Positions 21,641 through 32,931 are shown, counted from the first letter of the stretch. The stretch is 64,000 bases of DNA from Perkinsela sp. CCAP 1560/9 (GCA_965644495.1 CBFFSA010000006.1:744001-808000), one strand, 5' to 3'. Translations and numbers: made by a program. The notes: generated by a model not told the origin, from the letters alone.

Positions 21641-22289
21641 ATCTTCTTAATAAGAAGGGAGGGTTGGTCTTACAAAATGCTACCACACGCGAGAAGCTTG
21701 TATCTTGTAGTTCCTACAAAACTAATTACACTCTAGGGAGAAGAGTCTATAGAGGCGTACCTCGATGACATCACGTTTGGTCGGACGAATCTCTCACATT
21801 AGTCTACTTCAACGTGAATGGTGCGGATGGACGTGCATGTAAACGTGAATCTAGGAAATTGTTATTTTTGAGTTCACTCACCAGACATCATCCTCAAGAG
21901 GCACTCTAATTTAGAGTTTATTCAAAACCATTTATTCAAACCCGATACTCTTAAAACTTAAACATATTTATAATCAAGGATCATATGACTCAGACTTTCG
22001 ATGAATTGGAGATGTTTTCTTCGATGCTTCATTCGAGGAGCTCTGCCACCTCATGATTCCGAGATTTCTCATTATTAGCAAAAACGAATGACAACTTCTC
22101 GTTTTGTTCCCTTAACACCGTAGTTGTTTTGTATGAGATCATGTTAACCTCTCTTTTTGTATTTTTCATGTATGTCGTTTACGCCTACGGTACATTCGTA
22201 CGTCACAGCTATTTTATCATTTTTCTCAACCGTGCTCTCTAGATCTTTCTGAAAATTTTGCACCTCTTTTTTTCCTGTCACTTCTGGAT

Positions 22290-22900
22290 GAATTTTTATT
22301 CAAGAGAATTCTTTTACACCGGAAAATCTTCGGACTCCTTTGTTGTCACACGGCGTGGAAAGGCCTAAAACTTCCTCCTGAACTTGGTCTTATTTCTTTC
22401 ACACAGAACATTTCGAACCTTCATTCTTCATGTACATCTGAACGTCCTCCTTGTGAGTGGGAAGGTGTGTCATGCACAAGTTCCCATCACATCCACTCAC
22501 TATCATGGGATATGATGAATCTAATAGGTGAGCCTCTGTGGTCCTTTTTGCCAGATACTATAACCGATTTGTCTATGTGTGACAACAAGCTTGAGGGGGC
22601 ATTGCCGTTGGAGTTATTTCCTCCTGGTCTTAAGATGTTGAACTTACACAGGAACAGGTTTAGGGATTCGCTTGACTTCAGCAAACTTCCACACCAAGTT
22701 TATACCGCGTGATTTAGTTTCAACTTATTCTCTGGGCCGCTAGATTTAAGTTTCATTTCTCATGCGCTTATATCACTCGACCTAAGCCACAATAGGTTTG
22801 ATGGTACATTTCTTCAGTTCCTTCCACTCTTCAATCTTTGGACGTTAGCTCAAACTGTTTCAGCTCATTCAATCCGCATCTTCCTCCGGTATGGATCATA
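22290..22900 (+). pseudogene. Frameshifted small LRR gene
   Basis: PPCEWEGVSC N-cap, LPDTITDLSMCDNKLEG and PPGLKMLNLHRNRF; LRRs continue in another frame after the stop at 22712. Confidence 0.8.
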
Positions 22901-23008
22901 ATACATAACCAGCATTCAGCAACCTAGCCTTTCTATACACCGCACGAACTTTGAATCGTCTTTAGCTTGTCAGTATAGCTTAGTAGCTAATCTATAGTAG
23001 CTAATCTA

Positions 23009-23400
23009 CAGTGCGCCCAGTTGGTAAAGTCCCAAAAAACGGTTTTCCCAAATCGTAAAGTTTTTTGTTTTAGTTACCTTTTTTTAGAGTTTTTCTCTTT
23101 TTCGAATATTTTTGTCTAAAAGAAATCGTCAGTCTGTCATTGATTGCATTTCATCACCTTTTTTAAAGTTATGACAACGGACATTCGCATACAACTTGCG
23201 TTGCAAAGCGTTGTCCAAGACTCCAGCCCAACTGTATTTGATTTTGATATGCTTCATAGAAAATATTGATTCTTGTTTTTTGATTGTGCGCTTTCATTTT
23301 TTCTCTATACTTCAACGACATTCGATTGCCCCGTTGATAAAGTCCCAAAAAACGGTTTTGACAATTCAGTAACACACAGGTACAGTGCGCCCAGATAGTA
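23009..23400. mobile_element. Two same-orientation Tc1-type termini TA|CAGTGCGCCCAG (23009, 23383)
   Basis: Canonical Tc1 CAGTG end; TAAAGTCCCAAAAAACGGTTTT directly repeated at about 23026 and 23338. Confidence 0.6.
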
Positions 23401-23406
23401 AAGATT

Positions 23407-24000
23407 TCACTCTAGCATTTCAGTGGCAAATTGTACTCTTCGTTCCTTGTGGTTCGTAGTTAAGAAAGGGACCTTCTTTACCGTCCTAAGAATAATTTTT
23501 TCTTTTGATTTTTTCAACATGTTCTTTAGGGAATTTAATGAACACGTGAAACCACGGCGCTTAACCTCTCTCCAAAGCTCGCTCCAATTAGCGATGCCAT
23601 AAGTAAGGTCGCGATAAGCCTCGTCAATAATCTTTAAGGCCACTTCCTTGAGATCTGGTATACTGACCCTAGGAAAACGTTTAGGAGACGGACTGATCAC
23701 GTCCCCAGTGGCGTTGTAACGCTCGACCCAGAGTTTAACAGTCCCCTCGTGGACCCCAAAATTTTGGGCTGTGCGAGAATATGAGTTCGTTTTCTCATAG
23801 TCCGCCACAAAAAGCATACTGTGGGTTTCCTTCGTCTTCCCTGGTGAAGAGTAGGACCGCGCGCTCAAATTTCGACCGGTCGTACGCATCGGAGTAACAT
23901 TCGAGCCGTCGGACCCCCTCGCGTGGACGGTAGAGGACCCACAGCCTGTCAAGGCCAAAAAGGTGCTAAATAGAATAGAATAGAGTTTAGTCCCTTCCAT
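23407..24000 (-). pseudogene. Tc1/IS630-family transposase, N-terminal DNA-binding half only
   Basis: HTH (SRTAQNFGVHEGTVKLWVERY) and KKVPFLTTNHKERRVQFA; ends before the DDE domain, next to a TIR. Confidence 0.85.
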
Positions 24001-24892
24001 GCAATCTCGGTTTCGCAGCTCCCACGCCAGTCGTCGTTACGATAGTTTATCTTGCGGGAAGACACCGCTTAACCGCCAGGATGATTTTCCAGGCGATGAG
24101 AGCTTTCTCTGAGGTAGACTTGCTTAAGAATCCTCTGCAGACAGCGGCGTCGTACTCCAGGCAGGTTATTGAACGGCATACATCTTCCTCAATGAACCTC
24201 AGCTAAGCAGCTCAGCCAGGTTCCCTGAGATGGAGTATGCCCCTCCTCTTACTTACTAAGTTAGTACTGGTTCATGAACCATTTCATGAAAACAGTGGTT
24301 CATGAAAGGGTTCATTGGTTCACTGGTTCATTGGTTCATGAACCACCAAGGTATGTCAAAACGCCACGGGCAGTCCTTGAGCGAACACGCTTCTGGGGCA
24401 TAAAAAAGGAAACAAATCAAAATTTGCCATGTTTTTGAACAAAAAAACATCTTTTTTTTCGTCGGATTGATTATCTATAGTTGAGCGACCCGAGTCTGGA
24501 AAAGACATACAACTTTGTGAGAGCTCTCGAATGCGCTATTATTTTCCAAAATCTAACAATCTTTACAAATTTCAGACCCCCCAGATCGAAGTTGACACCC
24601 CTGTATGAGAAGATCTGAGTTGCCCACGAGGTGCATAACAGAATCTACTCCTTAATAAAATAACGGAATTCTTCACCTTATTTTTAGAACACGGCCTCTT
24701 CTGGGTCATAGTCTTACAGTAGGATCAAAAAGGTCCCTAAATCCATAAACAAAAGCAGTTTTTTTTGAAAAAGCAAATTGCTTTGGAATTCTCTAAAAAC
24801 TTTGAAACTCGGTTTTATTATCGATTAGCCTTATTTCCTTTCTAAGGATATTTCTAGAAGCATCACTTTCTATAAATAAGCACTCTTTGTTC

Positions 24893-26452
24893 ATGTTTTT
24901 TCATACTTACATCCTTACAAAGCGTGGCCCTTTTGCGAAAATCTGGTTGGCAGCGCATTGGGATCGCAAACTCACGAAAAATGATGTCCGTATGATTAAT
25001 TTGTCTGAGACCGTGTTAAACATCATTGAGCCCGCTGTTCCTATTGCTTTACGTACTTCAGGTGAGCTTATGCTCGGTGTAGTGCGCGTTTATGGTCACA
25101 AAGTGCGTGTCCTTCTAAAGGAAGCACAAGACGTTGCTCAAGATTTGCTACGCAGTCACAAAGATGCTCTTCTTGTTGGTGTCACTGCAGCTGGAGGGAA
25201 AACAGTTATTGCAAAGGAAGTATCCTCTGCCGTGACGAACATGGATCCTCCTCCGCTAGATTTTCTAGCCACTCCTTTAGGAACTTTTGAGGCCGATTTC
25301 GACGCCATTTCTAACCTTGTGCTTCCAAACAAGGTTGATCACGGACTCCGTACAATTCCACGTGCGATCCAACAGCAAGACATCACAGACGACTGGTTTC
25401 AACCCCCTGCCTCACAGTTCCAAGAAAATCTCGAGGATTTCTCCCAAGAGCTGAAATTCCCCCTCGGCGAGGACTCACGTGGTCGAGAAGAATCCATCCC
25501 CCTCAGTGAGCATTCCAAAAAATCCGGCTCCGTTCCCTCTATCGAAGAACTCCGTAAATCCGCCACAGCCCCACGCACTGCCGAATTCGACCGCCTCAAC
25601 ATGGATATTGGTCTTCCCCTCCCCGACGAGGAACTTCCCGAGTTCCCTGTCCTCCCCACCACCCCACCCCCTGCCGGTACCGATCTTCTTCTCGACACCC
25701 ACGACAACCCCCGAGAGGACACCTGGGCCGAGCCCCTGGGATCCGCAAAGAAACTGAAACGTACCCTCGGGGCGCGGCTGAATGTCGTGGACAACCGCGA
25801 CACGATGCTCTCCTCCGAGAGTTACCGCAGTGCCATGCGGGACCGCTCGGAGTTACTGCTGCCGTACTACCGCCAGGGCCCGCACAGCCTCCAGGACACC
25901 CGTCGCGTGCAGCGGCTGGAGCAGCAGTCGCTGCACCAGTCCCTGACGCTGCTCGGGGGACTGGAGGAGTGGGCCCCGATGCAGGGGTGGTACGAGGCCG
26001 CGGTAGCGGAGGGGCATGGGGAGAGGGTGTTCCCGGTCGCGGAGACCGGGAGACGATCCGCTCGTGGGGGAGGGGAGGGGGAGGGTGTGGAGATGGAGAT
26101 GGAGATGGCGCCACCGGTGCCGGAGTTTGATATGACGGGCATGGGGGTACCGGAGTTGGCGACGTTGGAGGAGCCCGCGGCACCTCCGACGGGATTGGGA
26201 GAGGATGCGGCGACACCTCCACGCGTGAGTAAGCGGGTCCGGGAGGAGAGTAATCCGGAACTTACGTTGAGTTCGTTTAAGAAAGCATCTAATGTAAATG
26301 GGGTGATGGTGTTTCGTATGGCGATGTCGGGGAAGACACGGGCACAGGTTGCGCGGAGCTTTGCGGATGCATTGGTGTTGGCTTCTCGTGGGGAAGTTAC
26401 GATACGGCAAGAGAAGCCATACGGAGAAATGTACGTTACAACAGTGGTTTAG
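24893..26452 (+). CDS. SCC1: Cohesin kleisin SCC1/RAD21
   Basis: MFFHTYILTKRGPFAKIWLAAHWDRKL, IALRTSGELMLGVVRVY, C-terminal winged helix (QEKPYGEM); separase-type site SIEELR. Confidence 0.93.
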   Translation: MFFHTYILTKRGPFAKIWLAAHWDRKLTKNDVRMINLSETVLNIIEPAVPIALRTSGELMLGVVRVYGHKVRVLLKEAQDVAQDLLRSHKDALLVGVTAAGGKTVIAKEVSSAVTNMDPPPLDFLATPLGTFEADFDAISNLVLPNKVDHGLRTIPRAIQQQDITDDWFQPPASQFQENLEDFSQELKFPLGEDSRGREESIPLSEHSKKSGSVPSIEELRKSATAPRTAEFDRLNMDIGLPLPDEELPEFPVLPTTPPPAGTDLLLDTHDNPREDTWAEPLGSAKKLKRTLGARLNVVDNRDTMLSSESYRSAMRDRSELLLPYYRQGPHSLQDTRRVQRLEQQSLHQSLTLLGGLEEWAPMQGWYEAAVAEGHGERVFPVAETGRRSARGGGEGEGVEMEMEMAPPVPEFDMTGMGVPELATLEEPAAPPTGLGEDAATPPRVSKRVREESNPELTLSSFKKASNVNGVMVFRMAMSGKTRAQVARSFADALVLASRGEVTIRQEKPYGEMYVTTVV

Positions 26453-26888
26453 GTCGAGGTAGTACTACGGATTGTTTTCATCGATTCATGAAAAACGTGT
26501 TTATTAACGCTTTTTACTTTTCTCAGCTGACGAAGAACAAAGAATAAAATTCAATATGAAGTGTTTGATTGATGTGTTGAAATGTTGGCGTTTTTTCGGC
26601 TCAAAAAAAATGCTCTTGATTGCATTGATTTACATGTAGGTAGAGGTTTCTTGTGTATACGACGCGATACGAGTTTTTCTTTGATAATTTGTTTCACTTT
26701 GTTTTAAAGCTGTTTCTATCTTTTTTTAGACGCTTAGAGTTGTTTTATATTACGCCGTCAGTCTTCGACAAAATACGTAAGTTTACTAAACTCCATTGGA
26801 TTCTTTTATACCGCGAATCAGTGCCGCGCATTATATGTCTTTCCTTCTTCCTTTTTTTCAACCCTTTCATCTTTTTTTTACATAAATT

Positions 26889-28280
26889 ATGAAATCTGTA
26901 CATGGGAAAAGATCGTTGAATCGGATACTATTAAGTGCGCACTCTTCTTTTGCTCATGCTTTCCGTAGATCGATTCATATTCAGTCGATTCGCATGCCTT
27001 CGCTTTCCCCGACTATGCAAGCAGGAACTCTTCTGTCTTGGAAGAAACAGGTTGGCGATTCCATTACTGGTGGCGACGTCTTTTGTGAAGTACAAACGGA
27101 CAAAGCTACTATGGAGTTTGAAAACGTGTCGGAAAAGGGATTCTTGGCTCGGGTTCTTGTTGCAGACGGGACACCAGATGTTCCGGTAGGTAAAACAATT
27201 GCACTTCTGGTTGAAAATGCGAAACACCTCACTCATAAAGAAATCTCTGACTTTATTGTACAGGACTTAGATTTAGAATCTAAAAACGAAAGCGACACTC
27301 GAAATCATCCCATTCAAAATGAGTCTTCTCCGGTAGAAACAGATAAGAAGTTCCAATCTTCGGAAACGGATAGGAACACTCGTTTTTTCGTATCTCCTTA
27401 CGCCAAGACGCTCGCCCGTGAACTAGGAGTAAATTACGCGAAGGCAATCCCGACTGGGGGTGAAGGTCCACAGTACCGCATTACCGCTGACGACGTGCGT
27501 CGGCTTCATGCTAGACAGTTAAACAAGTCTTCCCCCACAGCGGAGGACTTTGTTTTCCCTGAGGCCGTTCACCCGAAGTGCATGTCGACCTTGCCGTTTA
27601 TCTCAATGCCTGTTACAGAAGTTCATCGTGCGATTGCCCGACGATTATCATACGCGCAATCGCATGTGCCTCAGTTTACCATTATGGAGGAGGTCTGCAT
27701 GGAAGGTGCATATAAACTGATTGAGCACTATCGAAAAGAAAAAGGTGCACGACTCTCCGTCAATGATTACATTGTCAAGGCAGTTGCACAAGCATGTCTA
27801 AACGTTCCTGAAGCCAACACACATTGGGAAAGCGACACAGAAATGCGCCGCTATGATTCCGCGCATGTCTCCATTGCTGTTGCGACTCCAGCTGGAGTAT
27901 TGGCACCCGTTCTGCGAAGCGTTGACAAAAAGACTTTTGAGGAAATCTCCTGTGAGATACGCGCTCTCGCGTTAAAGGCAAGGCAGGGCTCACTTACTCC
28001 CTCTGAGATGAGTAATGGAACCATAACAGTGAGTAACCTGGGAGGGTACGGCACCAAGGCTTTTACAGCGATGCTCAATTCTCCGCAAAGTGTCATTGTG
28101 GCTGTGGGTCGCGTGGAATGGCGGCCTGTGATAGATCAAAGAAGTGGGGAGATGGGAAATAGGGCGGAGAGGTTTTTGTCCCTGTGTGTCACATTTGACC
28201 ATCGCGTTATCGATGGAGATATCGGTGCACGTTTCGTAAAATGTTTACGAGGCAACATAGAGACTTCTCTTGAGCATTGA
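26889..28280 (+). CDS. DLAT: Pyruvate dehydrogenase E2 (dihydrolipoamide acetyltransferase) family
   Basis: Presequence, MPSLSPTM, lipoyl EVQTDKAT, E3-binding SPYAKTLARE, catalytic FDHRVIDG. Confidence 0.9.
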   Translation: MKSVHGKRSLNRILLSAHSSFAHAFRRSIHIQSIRMPSLSPTMQAGTLLSWKKQVGDSITGGDVFCEVQTDKATMEFENVSEKGFLARVLVADGTPDVPVGKTIALLVENAKHLTHKEISDFIVQDLDLESKNESDTRNHPIQNESSPVETDKKFQSSETDRNTRFFVSPYAKTLARELGVNYAKAIPTGGEGPQYRITADDVRRLHARQLNKSSPTAEDFVFPEAVHPKCMSTLPFISMPVTEVHRAIARRLSYAQSHVPQFTIMEEVCMEGAYKLIEHYRKEKGARLSVNDYIVKAVAQACLNVPEANTHWESDTEMRRYDSAHVSIAVATPAGVLAPVLRSVDKKTFEEISCEIRALALKARQGSLTPSEMSNGTITVSNLGGYGTKAFTAMLNSPQSVIVAVGRVEWRPVIDQRSGEMGNRAERFLSLCVTFDHRVIDGDIGARFVKCLRGNIETSLEH

Positions 28281-28515
28281 CGTTAAAAGAATCATGTTGG
28301 ATGGACTAACTTCCCAAAATTCGTTTTTTTCAGTGCACCGTTTACTACTTTTCAACTTGGTTCCTACCAAATAGAGCCTGTATAACCTACTCAATATTTT
28401 TGTTTTCATTTTATTATTATTATTCATTATTATATTTATGTTTATATTTTTCATTTCAGTTCAGAATTTCAGTTTCATTTATTCTAATTGGGTCTCACAC
28501 TAGTGAAGGACCGAT

Positions 28516-30294
28516 ATGCATTGCAGTGTGGTGCTTCGCCGCTGGATGGTTGTCGGATCCCAACCTCCTCCCCTTCCAGACTCCATCAACCGCATTGCTC
28601 CTTCATCCCCCGCTCTGACGACCACACCGATTTATGGACCGGGGCTTACGCCTCACGACCCTCTTTCACCTGTGACCTCTACAATATCCGAGATGCATGC
28701 CATTCGTCGCATCGTAATGGACACTACGCAAATGAAGCGTACGCACCTGCAACGTCAAAATGAATCTTTAGCGCAGGAAGCGAGACGACGCATTGCATCT
28801 GTTAACGTCGCAGCCTCTGGGGGGACTGATTCTGTGGGAGCACTTTCCCCGAGGTCTGTGATTCAGCTTCTGGCCAACGCCTGCTACTTTGGGTTTAATT
28901 CCAATGACGCTATTGTCCAGCAGTGCACAAAGTGGATACGCACCCATCTGGGTATGCTTAAGATGGAGGACATTGGGGCGGTGATTTTTGCGTGTGCTGC
29001 CGTGCAGTCAAAGGATGCGAAGCAGATCATTGAGTGTGTTGCCTCTCGAACAGATCGGGCATCGAAATATATGAACAGCTCTACCATTACGACCGTACTC
29101 TCTGCGTTTGCCAAGGTGCGGTATTCGAACGAAAAGCTTTTCTTTGGTCTTACGCGACGTATTATGACACTTTGTCGCATTGGGGGCTTTGAGAAGAATG
29201 AGTTTGTGCCGCTGTTGGATTCCGTTGCCAGGGCGCGCATCCGATCGACTCCTCTCACCACCGCGCTCATGTATCGCATTCAGTGTGGTACAGACCCTCT
29301 GATGTTTCCCCCAGAAGAAATGGTGATGGTCATCTACGCTTTTGCTAGACTGCGCCTACGTGACGAGAAATTTATAAAAAGATTATCCGGGAGGACGATC
29401 GGAATGAGTGAGCACCTCAGCGCCCTACAACTTACCTCCGTGCTCAACAGCTTTTCCATACTGGGCTACAAATTCGAGAGCATGATCTCCGCCCTCACCA
29501 CCCGGTGCAGTGAAGTCATGAACGACTTCTCCGCTCGCTACGTCGCCATTGCGCTACAAAGTTTCCGTCGTCTCCACGTCAACTCCCCCGAACTCTTCGA
29601 CGCCCTCGCCGAGCGTGCGCTCGCGGTGGTCCCCCAACACACCGCTCGCGACATCGCCGCCGTCGTAAGCTCCCTTGAATTCTTCAGTCTCGCGGACGAG
29701 GAGCTGTTCCAAAAACTCTCCGAGCACGCCCTCACCGTTGTCCACGACTTCTCCGCCCTCGGCATCGTCGAGGTCCTCCACGCCTTCGCGCGCATCCAAT
29801 ACCGCCACGTCCCCCTGCTCACCTGTCTCTGGGACCGCTGCCGTGAGCTCCTCCCCCTCTTCGACGCCTCCGGGGTACGCCGGGTGCTCTACAGCGTCGC
29901 GCGGTTCCAGGCCCACATCTCCCACCAGGCCCTCGCGAACGCCCTGTTCCAGCGCGCCCTCATCCTCCACCCCGAGCTGTTCCTCTCCCCCGAGAGCATC
30001 CAGGAGGCGGACGTCGTGTTCCAGGTGTTCGGGAAGGAGTACTGCCCCGACCTGTACGCGTTCTTCCTCTCCCGCAGCGCGGCCATCGCGGCCTCCCCGC
30101 CCCCGCCCCCCCGCACGGCCCGCTCGCTGGATGCAAGGGGGAGGGGGAGGGGGAGGGGGAGAGGGGGGGGAAGGGGAAGGGGAAGGGGAGGGTTTAGGGG
30201 AGGGAGAGGGGGGGGAGGGGGAAGGGGGGGGTTTAGGGGGAGGGGGAGGGGGAGAGGGGGGAGAGGGAGGGGACGGGGGAGAGGGAGGGGGTGA
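28516..30294 (+). CDS. RESC6: RNA-editing substrate binding complex subunit RESC6 (MRB3010) with C-terminal RGG extension
   Basis: QMKRTHLQR..LAQEARR, NSPELFDALAERALAVV, DEELFQKL and FGKEYCPDLY match recalled trypanosomatid MRB3010; helical-repeat architecture. Confidence 0.85.
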   Translation: MHCSVVLRRWMVVGSQPPPLPDSINRIAPSSPALTTTPIYGPGLTPHDPLSPVTSTISEMHAIRRIVMDTTQMKRTHLQRQNESLAQEARRRIASVNVAASGGTDSVGALSPRSVIQLLANACYFGFNSNDAIVQQCTKWIRTHLGMLKMEDIGAVIFACAAVQSKDAKQIIECVASRTDRASKYMNSSTITTVLSAFAKVRYSNEKLFFGLTRRIMTLCRIGGFEKNEFVPLLDSVARARIRSTPLTTALMYRIQCGTDPLMFPPEEMVMVIYAFARLRLRDEKFIKRLSGRTIGMSEHLSALQLTSVLNSFSILGYKFESMISALTTRCSEVMNDFSARYVAIALQSFRRLHVNSPELFDALAERALAVVPQHTARDIAAVVSSLEFFSLADEELFQKLSEHALTVVHDFSALGIVEVLHAFARIQYRHVPLLTCLWDRCRELLPLFDASGVRRVLYSVARFQAHISHQALANALFQRALILHPELFLSPESIQEADVVFQVFGKEYCPDLYAFFLSRSAAIAASPPPPPRTARSLDARGRGRGRGRGGGRGRGRGGFRGGRGGGGGRGGFRGRGRGRGGRGRGRGRGRG

Positions 30295-30560
30295 GGAGGG
30301 GGGTTGGGGGGGGGAGGGGGAAGGGGGGTTAGGGTAGAGGGGGGTTGGGGGAGAGGGGGGTTGGGGAGAGGGGGGAGAGCGAGGGGTTGGGGGAGAGGGA
30401 GGGGGTGAGGAGGGGGGTTGGGGGAGAGGGGGGAGGGGGGAGAGGGGGGTTGGGGGAGAGGGGGGTTGGGGGAGAGGGGGGAGAGCGAGGGGTTGGGGGA
30501 GAGGGAGGGGGTGAGGAGGGGGGTTGGGGGAGAGGGGGGAGGGGGGGGGTGAGGAGGGGG
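30135..30560 (+). repeat. G/purine-rich low-complexity tandem array (G-quadruplex prone)
   Basis: Repeated GGGGGTTGGGGGAGAGGG-type units, almost no C. Confidence 0.9.
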
Positions 30561-31052
30561 CATTTTTGTACTTTTTGGGTTTTTATGGGATTAAGGTTTG
30601 TTTAGGTAGAAAGGGGTGTAGAGAGGACAGAAATGTGTGGATAACGTATAGGGGTAAAGTATTGTATTCTAGGTCTAGCATGTTGATTATGGGGGATAGT
30701 TTCATTCACTTATGTGATGTTCTAGGTAATGTGATGGGGTGACGCAAAAAATATGTGTTTGTTAAATCGCAGACGTCATCCTTTTGTTAAAAGGATTCGT
30801 AACGTATGAATCATTGAGGCATAGCATTCTTGTAAGACAGGTCTTTTTTGATGCCTCTTTCTTCAAGATTTTTGTGAAAACGGAACTTCTGAATTACGCC
30901 GACGTATTTTATCACCTACTAGACTAGTATTTTACTTGGACTAGATTCTTTTTCGTAAACGCATTGAATACATACATCCGGTTGTACATCCGATTTTAAG
31001 CTAAAACTTTTAACTAGCTTCATACGTGGTTTTTACTGTTCACTACTCTCCC

Positions 31053-32423
31053 ATGTTTCGTCGAGTCTCCAGAGGACCCGGCCTTGCTCTGGGACGCATA
31101 TTCGCCTCATCCCAGGCAACACGTTCCTACGCACACAAAAAGAGTGATCAGGAAGATTTTTACGACCTTCTTGGCATTTCCCGCAGTGCCTCACAAGATG
31201 AAATTAAAAAGGCATACCGCAAAAAAGCAATTGAAAAACATCCCGACCAAGGCGGAAGTTCCGAGGAGTTCACGAAAATCAACGAAGCGTACTCCGTGCT
31301 GAGCGACGCCAGTAAGCGTTCCATGTATGATCAGTACGGACGCGAGGGACTTTCTGAAAGCGGAGGTCCGGGCCCTGGTTTTGATCCCAACGATATCTTT
31401 AGCCAATTCTTTGGCGGGCGCTCCGCGGGCCCCGAGGCCTCACCCATGACCGAGGACAAGGCCATGTCCATCTCCGTCACCCTGGAAGACCTTTATAAGG
31501 GACGGGAGAAGACTGTCCTGATTCGTCGGCCCGCTGTATGTACGAAATGTATGGGCGCGGGCTCTACCAAACCAGGGGCAAAGAAAAAGTGCGGCAAATG
31601 CCACGGCACGGGCCAGGAGACCGTCGTGAACCATGTCGGACCCGGAATGGTGCAGCAGTTTATCACCACCTGTCGCACCTGTCACGGCCAGGGCCAGAGC
31701 CTGCGTCGGGAGGATGCCTGTGGGAGCTGCAAAGGGGAAGGTTTCGAGAACGTGAACGCGGACGTGCCGGTGCCCCTGGACGCCTCTGTGTTTCACATGG
31801 ATGTGATTGTGTTACGCTCCCAGGCGGGCTGTATCCCGGGAGCCTCCCCCGGCGATCTTCACGTGCAGGTGGAGGTGCGAAAGCACCCTGTATTTCAGCG
31901 TCAAGGGTATGACTTGCTGGTGAAGCAGAAAATTTCTTTGGTGCACGCTCTGACAGGCGGTGAGTTTGTGATCTCCCACCTAGATGGGCGAAAGTTGGTC
32001 GTGAAGACGACCCCGCATAGCGTACTCTCCACAGGTAGTGTTTTGTTGCTCCGGAATGAGGGGATGCCGCGAAAAAACGGTACGCGGGGGAACTTATATG
32101 TAATCGTGACTGTTTCTATGCCTACTACACTGAGTGCGGAGAACCGCAAGGAGCTTCAGAAAGTTCTCGGGACTCCTTCACATGTCAAACTCGAGACTAC
32201 ACACTCTTCTGAGGTTATTGTACCGGACGTGGTCCCTTCTAGCGCGGAGGATTTCGTCCAAAACAAGCAACATGAGTGGAGTAAGGCAGAGGCCTCCAAT
32301 GAGGAAATATCCCCGGGGGTGGAAAAGGTAAGTTCCTCGACGTATGGCAACCGCACAACCTATACAAATAAGAAAAAGCGACATGGGAGCTCCAGCAACC
32401 AGGCTCAGTGTCAGACAGCGTAA
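31053..32423 (+). CDS. Type I DnaJ/Hsp40 chaperone
   Basis: J-domain HPD, G/F region, four CxxCxGxG motifs, C-terminal CQTA. Confidence 0.95.
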   Translation: MFRRVSRGPGLALGRIFASSQATRSYAHKKSDQEDFYDLLGISRSASQDEIKKAYRKKAIEKHPDQGGSSEEFTKINEAYSVLSDASKRSMYDQYGREGLSESGGPGPGFDPNDIFSQFFGGRSAGPEASPMTEDKAMSISVTLEDLYKGREKTVLIRRPAVCTKCMGAGSTKPGAKKKCGKCHGTGQETVVNHVGPGMVQQFITTCRTCHGQGQSLRREDACGSCKGEGFENVNADVPVPLDASVFHMDVIVLRSQAGCIPGASPGDLHVQVEVRKHPVFQRQGYDLLVKQKISLVHALTGGEFVISHLDGRKLVVKTTPHSVLSTGSVLLLRNEGMPRKNGTRGNLYVIVTVSMPTTLSAENRKELQKVLGTPSHVKLETTHSSEVIVPDVVPSSAEDFVQNKQHEWSKAEASNEEISPGVEKVSSSTYGNRTTYTNKKKRHGSSSNQAQCQTA

Positions 32424-32931
32424 GACCTTACGCTTAATCACAAATTCATGAATATTTTATATGCTCATGAATTTATGAATTTATTCCGCAAATGTTGAAT
32501 GTTGTCATTTATTATGGAAAACTCGAAGCACGTTGTATTACAGAAAATATGGGAGAAGTATGCACCCCAGTTCTGTGGAACGCTTTTGACAGAATATTGT
32601 AAACCTCTTCCTATAATCACCCAATACTTTGCTGGATTTTTCCTGATTACTTATACTTTTATGTGCGTCGAATACCTTCTTTTCTGTAACCTCGTCAGCA
32701 TTTTGGTCATAATTCTTCTTATAGAGTCCATCAATGAAGTTTAACGTGGTGTATGAGGTGTGCAAGGATCGCTGGTCTTTAGTTTTTACCACCACACTCT
32801 GTTTTCGATTACATACATATTTTGTTTTTATTTTCTAGCTCAATCGGTTTTCTCTTTCTATTATCACCGAAATGGTAGTGGGAAACTAAATACCCGACTG
32901 ATTCTTCCATTCCTCTAATATCGTCCTCGCA

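Larger units (their letters stand above)
21203..24603. mobile_element. Family G inverted ends (CAGGGG...CCCCTG, TA-flanked) bracketing a possible composite element
   Basis: TA|CAGGGGGGTG at 21203 and CACCCCTG|TA at 24603, both with inverted subterminal CGCATTCGAGAGCTCTCACA. Confidence 0.6.

Noticed and set aside
23009-23040. tRNA-like start GCCCAGTTGGTA
   Set aside because: No T-loop or cloverleaf; it is a Tc1-type terminus
25399-26410. Long antisense ORFs within SCC1 (similarly within PA2G4, RPL10, PSMB1)
   Set aside because: Explained by stop-codon scarcity in GC islands; no recognisable motifs
29675-30605. Gly-rich and Pro-rich ORFs (29675+, 29889-, 30345+)
   Set aside because: By-products of the G-rich array and overlap with RESC6
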